The notes below the pieces were generated by a model. The model was not told where the DNA came from. It saw only the letters and a program-made list of their open reading frames with translations, and searched no databases. Both the position numbers and the translations under genes were made by a program. Shown piece by piece: positions 8,276 to 17,027 of a stretch of 32,000 nt of DNA. This DNA comes from Candidatus Syntropharchaeum caldarium (lineage in GTDB: Archaea > Halobacteriota > Syntropharchaeia > Syntropharchaeales > Syntropharchaeaceae), in NCBI GenBank assembly GCA_001766815.1, contig LYOS01000002.1, forward strand, positions 90,001-122,000, written 5' to 3'. How positions within the stretch are numbered: position 1 is the first letter of the stretch; the number at the start of each line of letters is the position of its first letter.

Positions 8276-9901
8276 ATGAGCAAGAGAAGAAGCAGTCGTG
8301 TCCTATCCGGGATTGAACGAGCACCACATCGAGCGTTGTTCAGAGCGGTTGGGCTTGGTGAAGCAGATTTTAAGAAACCACTTGTTGCGATCGCAAACTC
8401 ATACAACGAGATAGTGCCAGGGCATATCCACCTCAACGAGCTTGCAAAGTTTGTAAAAGAAGGTGTGAGAGAAGCAGGGGGAGTTCCACTTGAGTTCAAC
8501 ACGATCGGTATATGTGATGGAATAGCGATGTCACACGAGGGCATGAAGTCATCACTCCCATCAAGAGAGATTATCGCAGACTCTGTTGAGCTTATGTTGA
8601 ATGCTCATGCCTTTGATGCCGTGGTTGCGATCGCATCATGTGATAAGATCGTGCCAGGGATGCTGATGGCACTTGCACGCTGCAACATTCCATCAATCAT
8701 GTTAACAGGTGGTGCGATGCTCCCGGGTGTTCTTGACGGGAAGAACTGCGACCTTGCCGATGTCTTTGAGGCCGTTGCACCCGTGAAGACTGGATCAGCA
8801 GATTCTGAGAAGATCGATAGACTTGAGCAAATTGCATGCCCTGGTGCTGGATCATGTGCAGGGATGTTCACGGCAAATACGATGCAGTGCCTCACCGAGG
8901 CGATGGGGATGTCACTTCCAGGCTCTGCGACCGTGCCTGCTGTATCTGGAGAGAAACGTGCGATCGCAAAGGCGACAGGAGTGAAGGTGATTGAACTTCT
9001 TGAGAAAGGTATAACACCTGAGAAGATCATAACACCCCAATCGATTGATAATGCCATCACCGTTGATCTGGCACTTGGCGGTTCAACAAACTCGGTACTT
9101 CACATAATGGCGATTGCCAATGAAGCAGGGGTTGAGCTTGAGATTGAGCGCTTCGATGAGTTATCGAGGCGTGTACCTCATCTGTGCAATATGTCACCTG
9201 CAGGCGATCACATGATTGTGGATCTGGATGAGGCTGGGGGAATTCCTGCGCTTATGAACGAACTGAGAGATCTTTTGAACCTTGATGTCATGACTGCATC
9301 TGGCATGGTACTGGAGGATGCAATAAAGGGTGCTGCTGTTACAAGGCGTGATGTAATCCGCACTGTATCGGATCCGTACCATCCAGAGGGGGGGCTTGCG
9401 ATCTTAAAAGGCAGTCTTGCACCTGATGGATCTGTCATCAAGCAGTCTGCGGTATCTGAAGCGATGCAGATACACAGCGGGCCTGCACGGGTCTTTGACT
9501 CGGAGGAGGAGGCAGCAGATGCGATATATGGTGGTAAGATCGAGAACGGTGACGTGATCGTGATACGATACGAAGGAGCGAAAGGAGGGCCTGGTATGCG
9601 TGAGATGCTTGGACCCACTGCCGCAATCACAGGGATGGGGCTTGATCGGGTTGTGCTCATCACGGATGGGAGGTTTTCAGGTGCAACCCGTGGTCCGTGT
9701 ATCGGTCATGTGATGCCCGAGGCAGCGGTGGGCGGTACGATCGCGCTTGTGAAGGATGGAGATACAATCAGTATCAATATACCCGAGAGAAGGGTTGATA
9801 TTGAGGTTGATGAGGAGGAACTTTCACGCCGCAGGGCGGAGTGGAGGGCGCCACCACCGAAAGTTAAGAAGGGAGCACTACTCAGGTTTGCAAAGGGATA
9901 A
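8276..9901 (+). CDS. ilvD: Dihydroxy-acid dehydratase
   Basis: N-terminal [12 protein letters not shown], then [13 protein letters not shown] and a GRFSG-type C-terminal motif. AGGTG lies 6 nt before ATG 8276; the tracked ORF starts at GTG 8267. Confidence 0.95.
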   Translation: MSKRRSSRVLSGIERAPHRALFRAVGLGEADFKKPLVAIANSYNEIVPGHIHLNELAKFVKEGVREAGGVPLEFNTIGICDGIAMSHEGMKSSLPSREIIADSVELMLNAHAFDAVVAIASCDKIVPGMLMALARCNIPSIMLTGGAMLPGVLDGKNCDLADVFEAVAPVKTGSADSEKIDRLEQIACPGAGSCAGMFTANTMQCLTEAMGMSLPGSATVPAVSGEKRAIAKATGVKVIELLEKGITPEKIITPQSIDNAITVDLALGGSTNSVLHIMAIANEAGVELEIERFDELSRRVPHLCNMSPAGDHMIVDLDEAGGIPALMNELRDLLNLDVMTASGMVLEDAIKGAAVTRRDVIRTVSDPYHPEGGLAILKGSLAPDGSVIKQSAVSEAMQIHSGPARVFDSEEEAADAIYGGKIENGDVIVIRYEGAKGGPGMREMLGPTAAITGMGLDRVVLITDGRFSGATRGPCIGHVMPEAAVGGTIALVKDGDTISINIPERRVDIEVDEEELSRRRAEWRAPPPKVKKGALLRFAKG

Positions 9902-9981
9902 GTTTAATCCCATAGATTCTTATCAGTATTCGAGGATAATTATATTAAGATAACCGAAGTATATTGATGTAGAATCATTTA

Positions 9982-10743
9982 ATGAATGATGGAGGGGTTA
10001 GCATAACACTGGAACGGGTAGCTACCGGAATTATGGGACTGGACGAGTTGATTGGTGGCGGTTTTCCCGCAAAGACCGTAAATCTTATTTCAGCACCTTC
10101 AGGTAGTGGAAAGACACTCTTTGCCATGCAGTATATATACAATGGTGCGAAGGATCATGGAGATGTTGGAATCTTTATCACGACAGAGGAAGGCTATGGC
10201 AGCATACAGCGGGCAATGAGTGCATTTGGAATGGATATCACCAGATACGAAAACGAAGGTAAACTTTTCATCTTCGATATCGCAGAACTGAGGAAAGAGA
10301 TTGGTATCTCTAAATCCGAAAGACAGATAATGACGTTTGAGGCATTGCAGGATGCACTGGCGGGGATATTGAAGTACACCCGAGCAAAAAGACTCGCTCT
10401 TGACTCACTTGTGGGAATAGGACTTGCGTACCATTCTAACACCAGTCTGCGTGAAGATATCTTCAGGTTCAGCTGGTATCTTCGCGATATGAATCTAACA
10501 TCACTTTTGACGACCGAGTCTGTTGAAGGCGTAGCAGGACTTACAAGATATGGGGTCGAACAGTTCATCTCAGACTCACTCATTGTTCTCGGGCTTGAGG
10601 ATAACAACGGCGAACTCGTGCGAACGATCAGGGTGAGAAAGATGCGTTTTACAGCGCATGATCGTGGAAAACACCCGTTCCTCTTCACTTCAAAGGGTAT
10701 AGAGGTCTCACCCGGAGAGAAGATTTTTTTAGTTCATGGATGA
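9982..10743 (+). CDS. Single-domain KaiC-like (RecA-superfamily) ATPase, motifs intact
   Basis: GLDELIGGGFP, Walker A APSGSGKT (10093-10116), the catalytic Glu pair in FITTEE, and Walker-B-like RLALDSL. Its end overlaps the next gene by 8 nt (ATGGATGA). Confidence 0.85.
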   Translation: MNDGGVSITLERVATGIMGLDELIGGGFPAKTVNLISAPSGSGKTLFAMQYIYNGAKDHGDVGIFITTEEGYGSIQRAMSAFGMDITRYENEGKLFIFDIAELRKEIGISKSERQIMTFEALQDALAGILKYTRAKRLALDSLVGIGLAYHSNTSLREDIFRFSWYLRDMNLTSLLTTESVEGVAGLTRYGVEQFISDSLIVLGLEDNNGELVRTIRVRKMRFTAHDRGKHPFLFTSKGIEVSPGEKIFLVHG

Positions 10744-12277
10744 AGCCGTAGCAATATCGTCTCGATTGCTGGAAGGAGTGATAAGAGAGATTGGTCTGAT
10801 CATCGGTTCAGACCCGATCAGAATGTTGATCTCGCGCCTATCCAGGGATGAAGAGGTTCTGAAATCACTTGAAGTTGGAGATAATTTCAGTGTGTGTTTT
10901 GCTGGTCTCAATAACTCAGATATCGATTCCGGGCAAACATTGAATGCACTGAAAATACTCATGGATCACCTCGTAGATTTTTCAGCGAATATTTTTGGTG
11001 ATGAAGCTTCAGAAAGGATGATGGCTCGTGCACTGGAACCCTTTGATCAGGAGATTGCACGAATGTGCGAACTCAATCTTGCAGCGTTTCTCCCTCGCAT
11101 TGTTGATACTGAAATACACGAGAAGAAGCGGGGTGTGGCTGCAATAATTGACAAAAACAGGATTGAACAGGTTCTTGTGATATTTGAAGATATTTTATCT
11201 GCTTATCTGGAAGATGCGAGTGCCATCGGCTTGATTGAGCTCTACAGACGAAAGATAAGTTCACTACCACCCATCAACTCCATATCTTCACCAATAGTGA
11301 TTACAGATGATGGTAGTGTAAGCCTCTCCAGACTTAATAATGCTGATCTGGATGTGAGACTGCTGGTTGATGAACTCGCATCGATATCCGACTCATTTAT
11401 CGATACCGCATCTTTTCTAATCGGAAAAAAAGAGGCACTAAGTCGCGCAGAAAACAGTATAAACCCGGTCCTTGCAAGATTTCAGCCTTTAACCGATGAA
11501 CTCGGGATAACAGATAAAATTCTAAAAGGTAATCTTGCAAGACGAATCTCAACAGGTGTGAACGGTTTTGATGAGATTATTGAAGGAGGTTTCCCACGAT
11601 CAGGCTCGATTCTTCTGCAGGGACCACCGGGCATTGAGAAAGACGCTTTCATCAACGCATTCCTGAGATCAGGACTTTCAAAGGGTTATGCTGCGATGGC
11701 GGTTCTTTCAAAGTACACGCCAGCAGACCTCAGGATTCAGATGCGAGATACTGGAATTGATTTGATCAAGTACGAGGATGAAAATGTATTTGGCATGGTT
11801 GACTGGAACGCATGGCGCGGGGAAAACGTGAACGGGGTTGAGGAGGGAGATCGGAGTTCGGTTCTTCGATCATCAAGGGATCTTTCGTATCTGAGTATAG
11901 CTATAAACAAGGTACTTGCCAATCTTGATGAAGTTCCGACACGGCTCGCAGTCATTGATATACTCTCACCTGCCATAAATGACTTTGATTTTGAGACGGT
12001 TTACGATTTTACCCAATCACTCAGGATAAAATTCAAGAAAGAGGATGTTACAGCTTTATTTTTGATAGATAATGAGATGCATGATGGTAAATCACTATCT
12101 GCGATTCAGGAGATCTTCGATGGAGTGATCGAGATCGAGCGTCAACGGGTAGATGATCAGATCATAAGAAAGATCGGTGTGATACACATGGATAGAACAT
12201 ACTTTGATTCAAAATATAAGACGCTTAAACTCTCAAGGGAAGGTATTAAAGTTGTATCAGAGGAGGAATCGTTATGA
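10736..12277 (+). CDS. Two-part protein: ~270-aa helical N-terminal region of unknown family plus a KaiC-like domain with degenerate ATPase motifs
   Basis: The C-terminal half has GFDEIIEGGFPRSGSILLQGPPGIEKD (11621-11644), where the GK[ST] of Walker A reads EKD. The conserved EE position reads SKY. A Walker-B-like LAVIDIL is retained. Confidence 0.8.
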   Translation: MDEAVAISSRLLEGVIREIGLIIGSDPIRMLISRLSRDEEVLKSLEVGDNFSVCFAGLNNSDIDSGQTLNALKILMDHLVDFSANIFGDEASERMMARALEPFDQEIARMCELNLAAFLPRIVDTEIHEKKRGVAAIIDKNRIEQVLVIFEDILSAYLEDASAIGLIELYRRKISSLPPINSISSPIVITDDGSVSLSRLNNADLDVRLLVDELASISDSFIDTASFLIGKKEALSRAENSINPVLARFQPLTDELGITDKILKGNLARRISTGVNGFDEIIEGGFPRSGSILLQGPPGIEKDAFINAFLRSGLSKGYAAMAVLSKYTPADLRIQMRDTGIDLIKYEDENVFGMVDWNAWRGENVNGVEEGDRSSVLRSSRDLSYLSIAINKVLANLDEVPTRLAVIDILSPAINDFDFETVYDFTQSLRIKFKKEDVTALFLIDNEMHDGKSLSAIQEIFDGVIEIERQRVDDQIIRKIGVIHMDRTYFDSKYKTLKLSREGIKVVSEEESL

Positions 12278-12582
12278 ACGGAATTGAGATGTCTTTTGAC
12301 CTTTTAAAGACAGTGGCTGCGTTTGCCCTCTTTGTCTATACGATCAGGATGGCGGGTAGTGTCAGGCGTGGAACAACCGCATGGGTCTTCTTCGCAATGA
12401 TGGGTGCGTTCTTTGTATTTGCAAGGATATACGACTGGATAGGACTTATCGCACCGATCGTGGCAGGGACGGTCCCAGCATGGGAGATGATGTTCACTCT
12501 CTCAGAGGAACTGAGCAATCTATTTGCGATCTTCTGCGGGATGATGGGCGTGAAAGAGCTGTATGATGTTATGGTGAGGTGA
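12274..12582 (+). CDS. Small integral membrane protein (about 3 TM), paralog of the next gene
   Basis: ATGA overlap with the upstream gene and three hydrophobic segments. It shares GT(T/I)AW.. and ..G.KEL motifs with the following ORF. Confidence 0.7.
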   Translation: MNGIEMSFDLLKTVAAFALFVYTIRMAGSVRRGTTAWVFFAMMGAFFVFARIYDWIGLIAPIVAGTVPAWEMMFTLSEELSNLFAIFCGMMGVKELYDVMVR

Positions 12583-12587
12583 GCGTG

Positions 12588-12914
12588 ATGAACGAGATTG
12601 TGACATTTGTGGTGCTACAGGAAGTTATGAATGGTCTCACCTTTGTTACGGTGATGCTTGCAGGAAGTTTGGCTCTCATGGCTGCGATGCTTGCAACGAT
12701 CACATACAGCGTGCTCAAAGGTGGAACGATCGCATGGATGTATCTGATGCTTGGGTTCTGGATGTTTCTTGTATCATTCATTTTGAGGCTCTTTGGGGAT
12801 GCATGGGTAACTATGGGAATTGCAACCGATATCTCTTACCTCTTTGGGCTTGCAATGATGATCGCGGGCTTCAAAGAGCTATCAGGTATCTACGTTGATT
12901 ACCAGCAGACTTAA
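12588..12914 (+). CDS. Small integral membrane protein (about 3 TM), paralog of the previous gene
   Basis: GGTGAGGTGA ends 5 nt before ATG 12588; the tracked ORF starts at GTG 12579, which overlaps the upstream stop. Hydrophobic profile and motifs parallel the previous ORF. Confidence 0.7.
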   Translation: MNEIVTFVVLQEVMNGLTFVTVMLAGSLALMAAMLATITYSVLKGGTIAWMYLMLGFWMFLVSFILRLFGDAWVTMGIATDISYLFGLAMMIAGFKELSGIYVDYQQT

Positions 12915-12963
12915 ATATGGTTGGATGATTCTAAGGCATAAAGAGATAGGGTAAGGTGAAGGT

Positions 12964-13152
12964 ATGCCGACGTTTCAGGTAAAGGGTGTATTCAAGATGG
13001 GTAGCAGAAATAACCGATTTACAAAGGTAATCGAGAGTAACAACGAGAAAAATGCGATCGAGAAGGTTTACTCGCTTCTTGGTAGTGAGCAGCGATTGAA
13101 GCGAAGAAACATCAAAATAAAAGAGGTGATGGCGTATGGCAACGAATATTGA
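12964..13152 (+). CDS. rpl18a: Ribosomal protein LX (L18Ae/L20A family)
   Basis: MPTFQVKG.FKMG....FTK.IES.NEKNAIEKVYS.LGS is typical of archaeal LX. Size and position upstream of pfdA-ftsY match the conserved archaeal cluster. Confidence 0.85.
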   Translation: MPTFQVKGVFKMGSRNNRFTKVIESNNEKNAIEKVYSLLGSEQRLKRRNIKIKEVMAYGNEY

Positions 13153-13570
13153 TAAAGAAACTGTTCAGGGAATGATTATCAAGCACAGACAGCTCCAGCT
13201 TCAGGCTGAGAGCTACACGCAACAGATCGGTGTAATCCAGGCATCACTGGAAGAGCACGAAAAAGCCCTTACAACCATGAAAGCACTCGAGAATATAGAG
13301 GAGGGTGGAGAACTGCTTGTATCTATTGGTGCTGGTACTGCCATATATGCAACGCTTGATAGAAAGGATAAAGTTATCGTCTCGTTCGGGGGTGGGGTGA
13401 GCGCTGAAAAGGATCTTAAAAGCGCAATCGATATTGTTACAAAACGTCAGAAAGATCTTTTGGAGACCCAGAAACGGCTTGCAGAGGCGGTTTCAGGTGT
13501 TGAAGCAGAAATACAGAAACTTGAGCAGAATCTTCAGGTGGTTGCAGCACAGATGGAACACAAAGGATAA
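13136..13570 (+). CDS. pfdA: Prefoldin alpha subunit
   Basis: 144 aa with a coiled coil, beta-hairpin (LVSIGAGTAIYATL) and coiled coil architecture, in the conserved neighbourhood. Confidence 0.9.
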   Translation: MATNIDKETVQGMIIKHRQLQLQAESYTQQIGVIQASLEEHEKALTTMKALENIEEGGELLVSIGAGTAIYATLDRKDKVIVSFGGGVSAEKDLKSAIDIVTKRQKDLLETQKRLAEAVSGVEAEIQKLEQNLQVVAAQMEHKG

Positions 13571-13573
13571 TCA

Positions 13574-14608
13574 ATGTTTGGAAAGTTAAAAGAAAAGCTT
13601 ACAAATTTTAAAAAGAACGTAAGCTCAACGATAAAAGAGAAACTCACGAAAGAAGAGAAGATCACGAAAGAAGAGAAGATTATTGAGGCAGAGCCACCCA
13701 CACAGAAGGTAGAAGAGGAAAAGAAAAGTATTGGAGAGAAGATAAAGTCACTTGTCGTTGAGCGAGAGGTTACAATTACAGAACAGGATATTAAACGTCC
13801 ACTTGAGGAGCTTGAGTTCGCCCTGCTTGAGAGTGATGTTGCACTCGTTGTTGTCGATGAGATACTCAGATCAGTGAAGGAGGATCTAATTGGCAGGGAG
13901 CGGAAACTGTTTACAAGCACCGGAGATCTTGTGGAAGATGCACTGAAGAATGCGATGCGCAAGGTCCTGAGTGTGGATGGTCTTGATTTCGATGAGATCA
14001 TAAGGACATCTGATAAACCCGTGAAGGTACTCTTTGTTGGAGTTAATGGTACGGGAAAGACAACCTGCATCGCAAAAATAGGAAAACGGCTCAAGGATCT
14101 CGGATATTCAGTTGTGATCGCATCAGGAGATACATATCGTGCAGGCGCAATCGAGCAGATCGATGTCCATGCAAAGCGGCTTGGGATAAAGGTGATACAG
14201 CACGAGAAGTTCTCAGACCCTGCGGCTGTGATCTTTGATGCAGTGAAGTATGCCGAGGCAAGACATATTGATGTGGTTCTTGCAGATACAGCTGGCAGGT
14301 TTCATACAAATGTGAATCTCATGGATCAGCTTAAAAAGATTCGACGTGTCATCGATCCCGATCTTATTATTTTTGTCGATGAAGCGACCGCAGGCAATGA
14401 CGCAGTTGAACGGGCAAAGCAGTTTAACGAGGCGGTTAAAATCGACGGCTCGATCCTGACCAAGACCGATGCAGATTCAAAGGGTGGTGCAGCGCTTTCG
14501 ATTGCCCATTGCACATCAAAACCGATCATGTTTCTCGGAACAGGCCAGGAGTACACAGATCTTGTGAAGTTCGATCCTGAATGGCTTATAAAGCGTATAT
14601 TTGAGTGA
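13574..14608 (+). CDS. ftsY: Signal recognition particle receptor FtsY
   Basis: Charged Lys/Glu-rich A region followed by an NG domain with GVNGTGKTT, DTAGR and TKTD/GG motifs. Confidence 0.95.
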   Translation: MFGKLKEKLTNFKKNVSSTIKEKLTKEEKITKEEKIIEAEPPTQKVEEEKKSIGEKIKSLVVEREVTITEQDIKRPLEELEFALLESDVALVVVDEILRSVKEDLIGRERKLFTSTGDLVEDALKNAMRKVLSVDGLDFDEIIRTSDKPVKVLFVGVNGTGKTTCIAKIGKRLKDLGYSVVIASGDTYRAGAIEQIDVHAKRLGIKVIQHEKFSDPAAVIFDAVKYAEARHIDVVLADTAGRFHTNVNLMDQLKKIRRVIDPDLIIFVDEATAGNDAVERAKQFNEAVKIDGSILTKTDADSKGGAALSIAHCTSKPIMFLGTGQEYTDLVKFDPEWLIKRIFE

Positions 14609-14919
14609 CCATTATGATAGAGGATGCAGAAGTAGATAAACACAGGGAATATGTGGAAGGAATAATCAAGACCGCGGTGCCGCTTTTTGCTGGTGCACTT
14701 GCAGGTACCATCTCCTACCTCCTTGACCCTTCAAATCCAAAGAACAATCTCGGGTGGGTCGTCCTTTTTGGTGCGATCCTGTTACAGGTATTTATTTACC
14801 CTCGATTTTCGATCGATGTGAAGTCGTTCAGGATAAAAGAGTGGTTCTATCTTATATTTATGACATTCATCACATGGTTTGTTTTCTGGGGCATTCTGCT
14901 AATGACGTTCACTCCTTGA
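14605..14919 (+). CDS. Small membrane protein, EMC6/Rab5ip-like
   Basis: The start overlaps the ftsY stop (GTGA at 14605-14608); an alternative start is ATG 14614. KTAVPLFAGALAGTISYLL and FITWFVFWGILLM resemble the RTSVSALSGATAGILGL and FTYVLFWTFLYGM segments of human EMC6 as I recall them. Confidence 0.65.
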   Translation: MTIMIEDAEVDKHREYVEGIIKTAVPLFAGALAGTISYLLDPSNPKNNLGWVVLFGAILLQVFIYPRFSIDVKSFRIKEWFYLIFMTFITWFVFWGILLMTFTP

Positions 14920-15550
14920 ACCCATACTCACCGATCAACGGTACAAATACAACTCCGCCTTTGATCTTCCGTGAAATACCATCCGCTCGTTTCTCTATCA
15001 GGTGTAAGTCCTGAACGTATCTCCCGATCGGTATAACCATCTTGCCCCCGACTTTAAGCTGATCCAGAAGCGGTGGAGGTATATCGGGTGCAGCACACGT
15101 CACATTAATACGATCAAAAGGTGCAGCCTCTGGAAGACCCAGCGATCCATCCCCAACAAAGATCTCAACATTTGTGTATCCTGCCCGTCTGAGGTTTTCT
15201 CTTGCAGTTGCAGCAAGCCCCTCAAATCGCTCGATCGTGTAGATCTTACCCTCTTCTCCTACAAGCTCTGCCATCACGGCTGCGTGATACCCCGAACCCG
15301 CACCGACCTCAAGTATCCTGTTGCCAGGCTCGATATCAAGGAGGTCACACATGATGGCAACCATGTGAGGGGCACTTATCGTCTGGCCATCTCCGATCGG
15401 GAGTGGATGATCCACATACGCCTCATGTTTGCGGTTTTCAGGTACAAAGTAGTGGCGTGGAACCTTGTCCATCGCACGAAGCACTTCCTGCTTCACCCCG
15501 AGTCTTTTGAGACTTTCTATCATGCGTCTGTGTGCTGTATCAAGCTCCAT
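14909..15550 (-). CDS. pcm: Protein-L-isoaspartate O-methyltransferase
   Basis: GQTISAPHMVA and SAM motif ILEVGAGSGY over 213 aa. GGAGGTGGGAGG lies directly upstream of the ATG. Confidence 0.9.
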   Translation of the reverse strand: MELDTAHRRMIESLKRLGVKQEVLRAMDKVPRHYFVPENRKHEAYVDHPLPIGDGQTISAPHMVAIMCDLLDIEPGNRILEVGAGSGYHAAVMAELVGEEGKIYTIERFEGLAATARENLRRAGYTNVEIFVGDGSLGLPEAAPFDRINVTCAAPDIPPPLLDQLKVGGKMVIPIGRYVQDLHLIEKRADGISRKIKGGVVFVPLIGEYGFKE

Positions 15551-15583
15551 CCTCCCACCTCCAAAAGTTTAAATATACTTTGA

Positions 15584-15601
15584 TTTTATAGGTTTTATAG
15601 G
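15584..15601 (+). promoter_or_regulatory. Duplicated TATA-like box (TTTTATAGG twice) upstream of tRNA-Leu
   Basis: A perfect 9-bp tandem at 15584-15592 and 15593-15601. The second copy starts 26 nt before the mature tRNA 5' end, consistent with archaeal TATA-to-start spacing. Confidence 0.4.
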
Positions 15602-15618
15602 TATCTGAAGCGTATAAG

Positions 15619-15701
15619 GCGGGGGTAACCAAGTGGTCAACGGTGGCAGACTCAAGATCTGCTCGCGCAGGCGTTCGCGGGTTCGAATCCCTCCCCCCGC
15701 A
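15619..15701 (+). tRNA. tRNA-Leu (anticodon CAA)
   Basis: Hand-folded cloverleaf: acceptor GCGGGGG/CCCCCGC, anticodon stem GCAGA/TCTGC with loop CTCAAGA, long variable arm and T-loop TTCGAAT. There is one C-U mismatch in the T stem, and no CCA is encoded. Confidence 0.9.
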
Positions 15702-15761
15702 TATTTTTGATGGTTCACTCCATAAACAACATTTATAATCTATACCAGAGTAACTCAAATC

Positions 15762-16277
15762 ATGGCGAGAAAACCAGGACACATGTACCGTAATGTGACT
15801 GGCCCTGCTTACACAAGGCGTGAGTATATGGGCGGTGTTCCAGGGAGCAAAGTAGTCCATTTTGACATGGGGAACTTAAAAGATGAATTTTCAGTTTCAA
15901 TATCGATTGTTGCAAAAGAATCCTGTCAGATAAGGCACAGTGCAATTGAAGCAGCACGCATAACCGCAAACAAGTTTCTTGCAGATCTTGGACGTCTAAA
16001 CTACCACTTCAAGATACGCATATATCCACATCATGTCCTCAGGGAGAACAAGCAGGCAACAGGTGCAGGTGCAGACCGTGTCTCACAGGGGATGAGGTGT
16101 GCGTTTGGCAAGGCGGTCGGCACAGCAGCACGTGTTAAAGCTGGACAGAAACTAATGACCGTGGAGGTCGAGCCCGTCAACTTCCTGAAGGCAAAAGAAG
16201 CGCTGCGAAAGGCAGGACACAAGCTCCCGACACCGATCACCTATGTGATAGATCGGGGCAAGGAACTTATCAGTTAG
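15762..16277 (+). CDS. rpl10e: Ribosomal protein L10e (uL16)
   Basis: [10 protein letters not shown]......[14 protein letters not shown] is the canonical L10e N-terminus. A TATA-like TTTATAAT lies about 25-30 nt upstream of the ATG, suggesting a leaderless or very short leader mRNA. Confidence 0.95.
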   Translation: MARKPGHMYRNVTGPAYTRREYMGGVPGSKVVHFDMGNLKDEFSVSISIVAKESCQIRHSAIEAARITANKFLADLGRLNYHFKIRIYPHHVLRENKQATGAGADRVSQGMRCAFGKAVGTAARVKAGQKLMTVEVEPVNFLKAKEALRKAGHKLPTPITYVIDRGKELIS

Positions 16278-16292
16278 TTTCCCCTTTCATCT

Positions 16293-16365
16293 GCCTCGGT
16301 GGCTCAGCTGGCAGAGCGAGTGACTTGTAATCACTAGGTCGGGGGTTCAAATCCCCCCCGGGGCT
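16293..16365 (+). tRNA. tRNA-Thr (anticodon UGU)
   Basis: Acceptor GCCTCGG/CCGGGGC with one G-U pair, D arm GCTC/GAGC, anticodon stem AGTGA/TCACT with loop CTTGTAA, and T arm GGGGG-TTCAAAT-CCCCC. It begins 15 nt after the rpl10e stop. Confidence 0.92.
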
Positions 16366-16390
16366 TGTTACTGATTTTAAACATGCGAAT

Positions 16391-17026
16391 ATGATCACTA
16401 TACTCCTCTTTCTGGCTGGTGTTGTTATTGTCTCGTTATCAGGTGTGCTGATGCCCGGACCTGTTCTTGCGGGATCGGTTGCCAAAGGATACGAAGAGCG
16501 GGATGCGGGTGTGTGGATCGCAGTGGGGCATGGACTCATCGAGGTCCCACTGATCCTTCTAATTTATGCTGGATTATCTTCTCTCTTTGAAGTTTCCCTG
16601 ATAAAGATCATTATTGGGTTAATTGGCGGTGGTTTGATGATCTATCTTGGTCTCGGTATGTTCAGGGCGGATATGAACCTTGAGGCAAGGACGATTGATC
16701 ATTCTGCGTTAATGATTGGGTTCATCACATCTGCTTCAAATCCAGCCTTCTATCTCTGGTGGGTTGCTATCGGAAGCCTCCTGATTATGACCGCGGTTGA
16801 GTTTGGTACCATCGGTTTCATCCTCTTTGTCATCGTACACTGGCTCGTGGATCTCATCTGGTACTGGTTTGTCACGGCGTCCGTTTTTATGAGCAGGCAG
16901 TTATTTGGTGATAAGATCTGGAGAGGTGTCTCCTTCCTCTGTGGATCTACGCTCATACTCTTTGGAGGCTGGTTCATCTGGGAAGGACTCATGGCGGTAA
17001 TTTCGTTTTTCCCTGAACATACTTGA
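16391..17026 (+). CDS. LysE/RhtB-family translocator (amino-acid exporter type)
   Basis: 211 aa with about 6 TM segments. N-terminal helix followed by a PGP motif (GVLMPGPVLAGS), and a size typical of the family. Confidence 0.7.
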   Translation: MITILLFLAGVVIVSLSGVLMPGPVLAGSVAKGYEERDAGVWIAVGHGLIEVPLILLIYAGLSSLFEVSLIKIIIGLIGGGLMIYLGLGMFRADMNLEARTIDHSALMIGFITSASNPAFYLWWVAIGSLLIMTAVEFGTIGFILFVIVHWLVDLIWYWFVTASVFMSRQLFGDKIWRGVSFLCGSTLILFGGWFIWEGLMAVISFFPEHT

Positions 17027-17027
17027 C

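Noticed and set aside
9982-12277. Interpreting the KaiC-like pair as a circadian oscillator
   Set aside because: Both proteins have a single KaiC domain rather than the double-domain KaiC. No kaiA or kaiB is present, and one copy lacks its catalytic motifs. A clock function cannot be inferred.
13534-14094. 186-aa minus-strand ORF antisense to ftsY
   Set aside because: It is an extremely Ser-rich, low-complexity mirror of the Lys/Glu-rich FtsY A-region, while ftsY itself is unambiguous.
15677-15693. C-U mismatch in the T stem of tRNA-Leu as evidence of a pseudogene
   Set aside because: All other stems, the anticodon loop, the T loop and the long variable arm are intact. A single non-Watson-Crick pair is tolerable, so I keep it as a functional tRNA call.
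15540-16539. Minus-strand ORFs 15540..15860, 15760..15969 and 16270..16539
   Set aside because: They run through tRNA-Leu, rpl10e and tRNA-Thr respectively, so they are chance frames.
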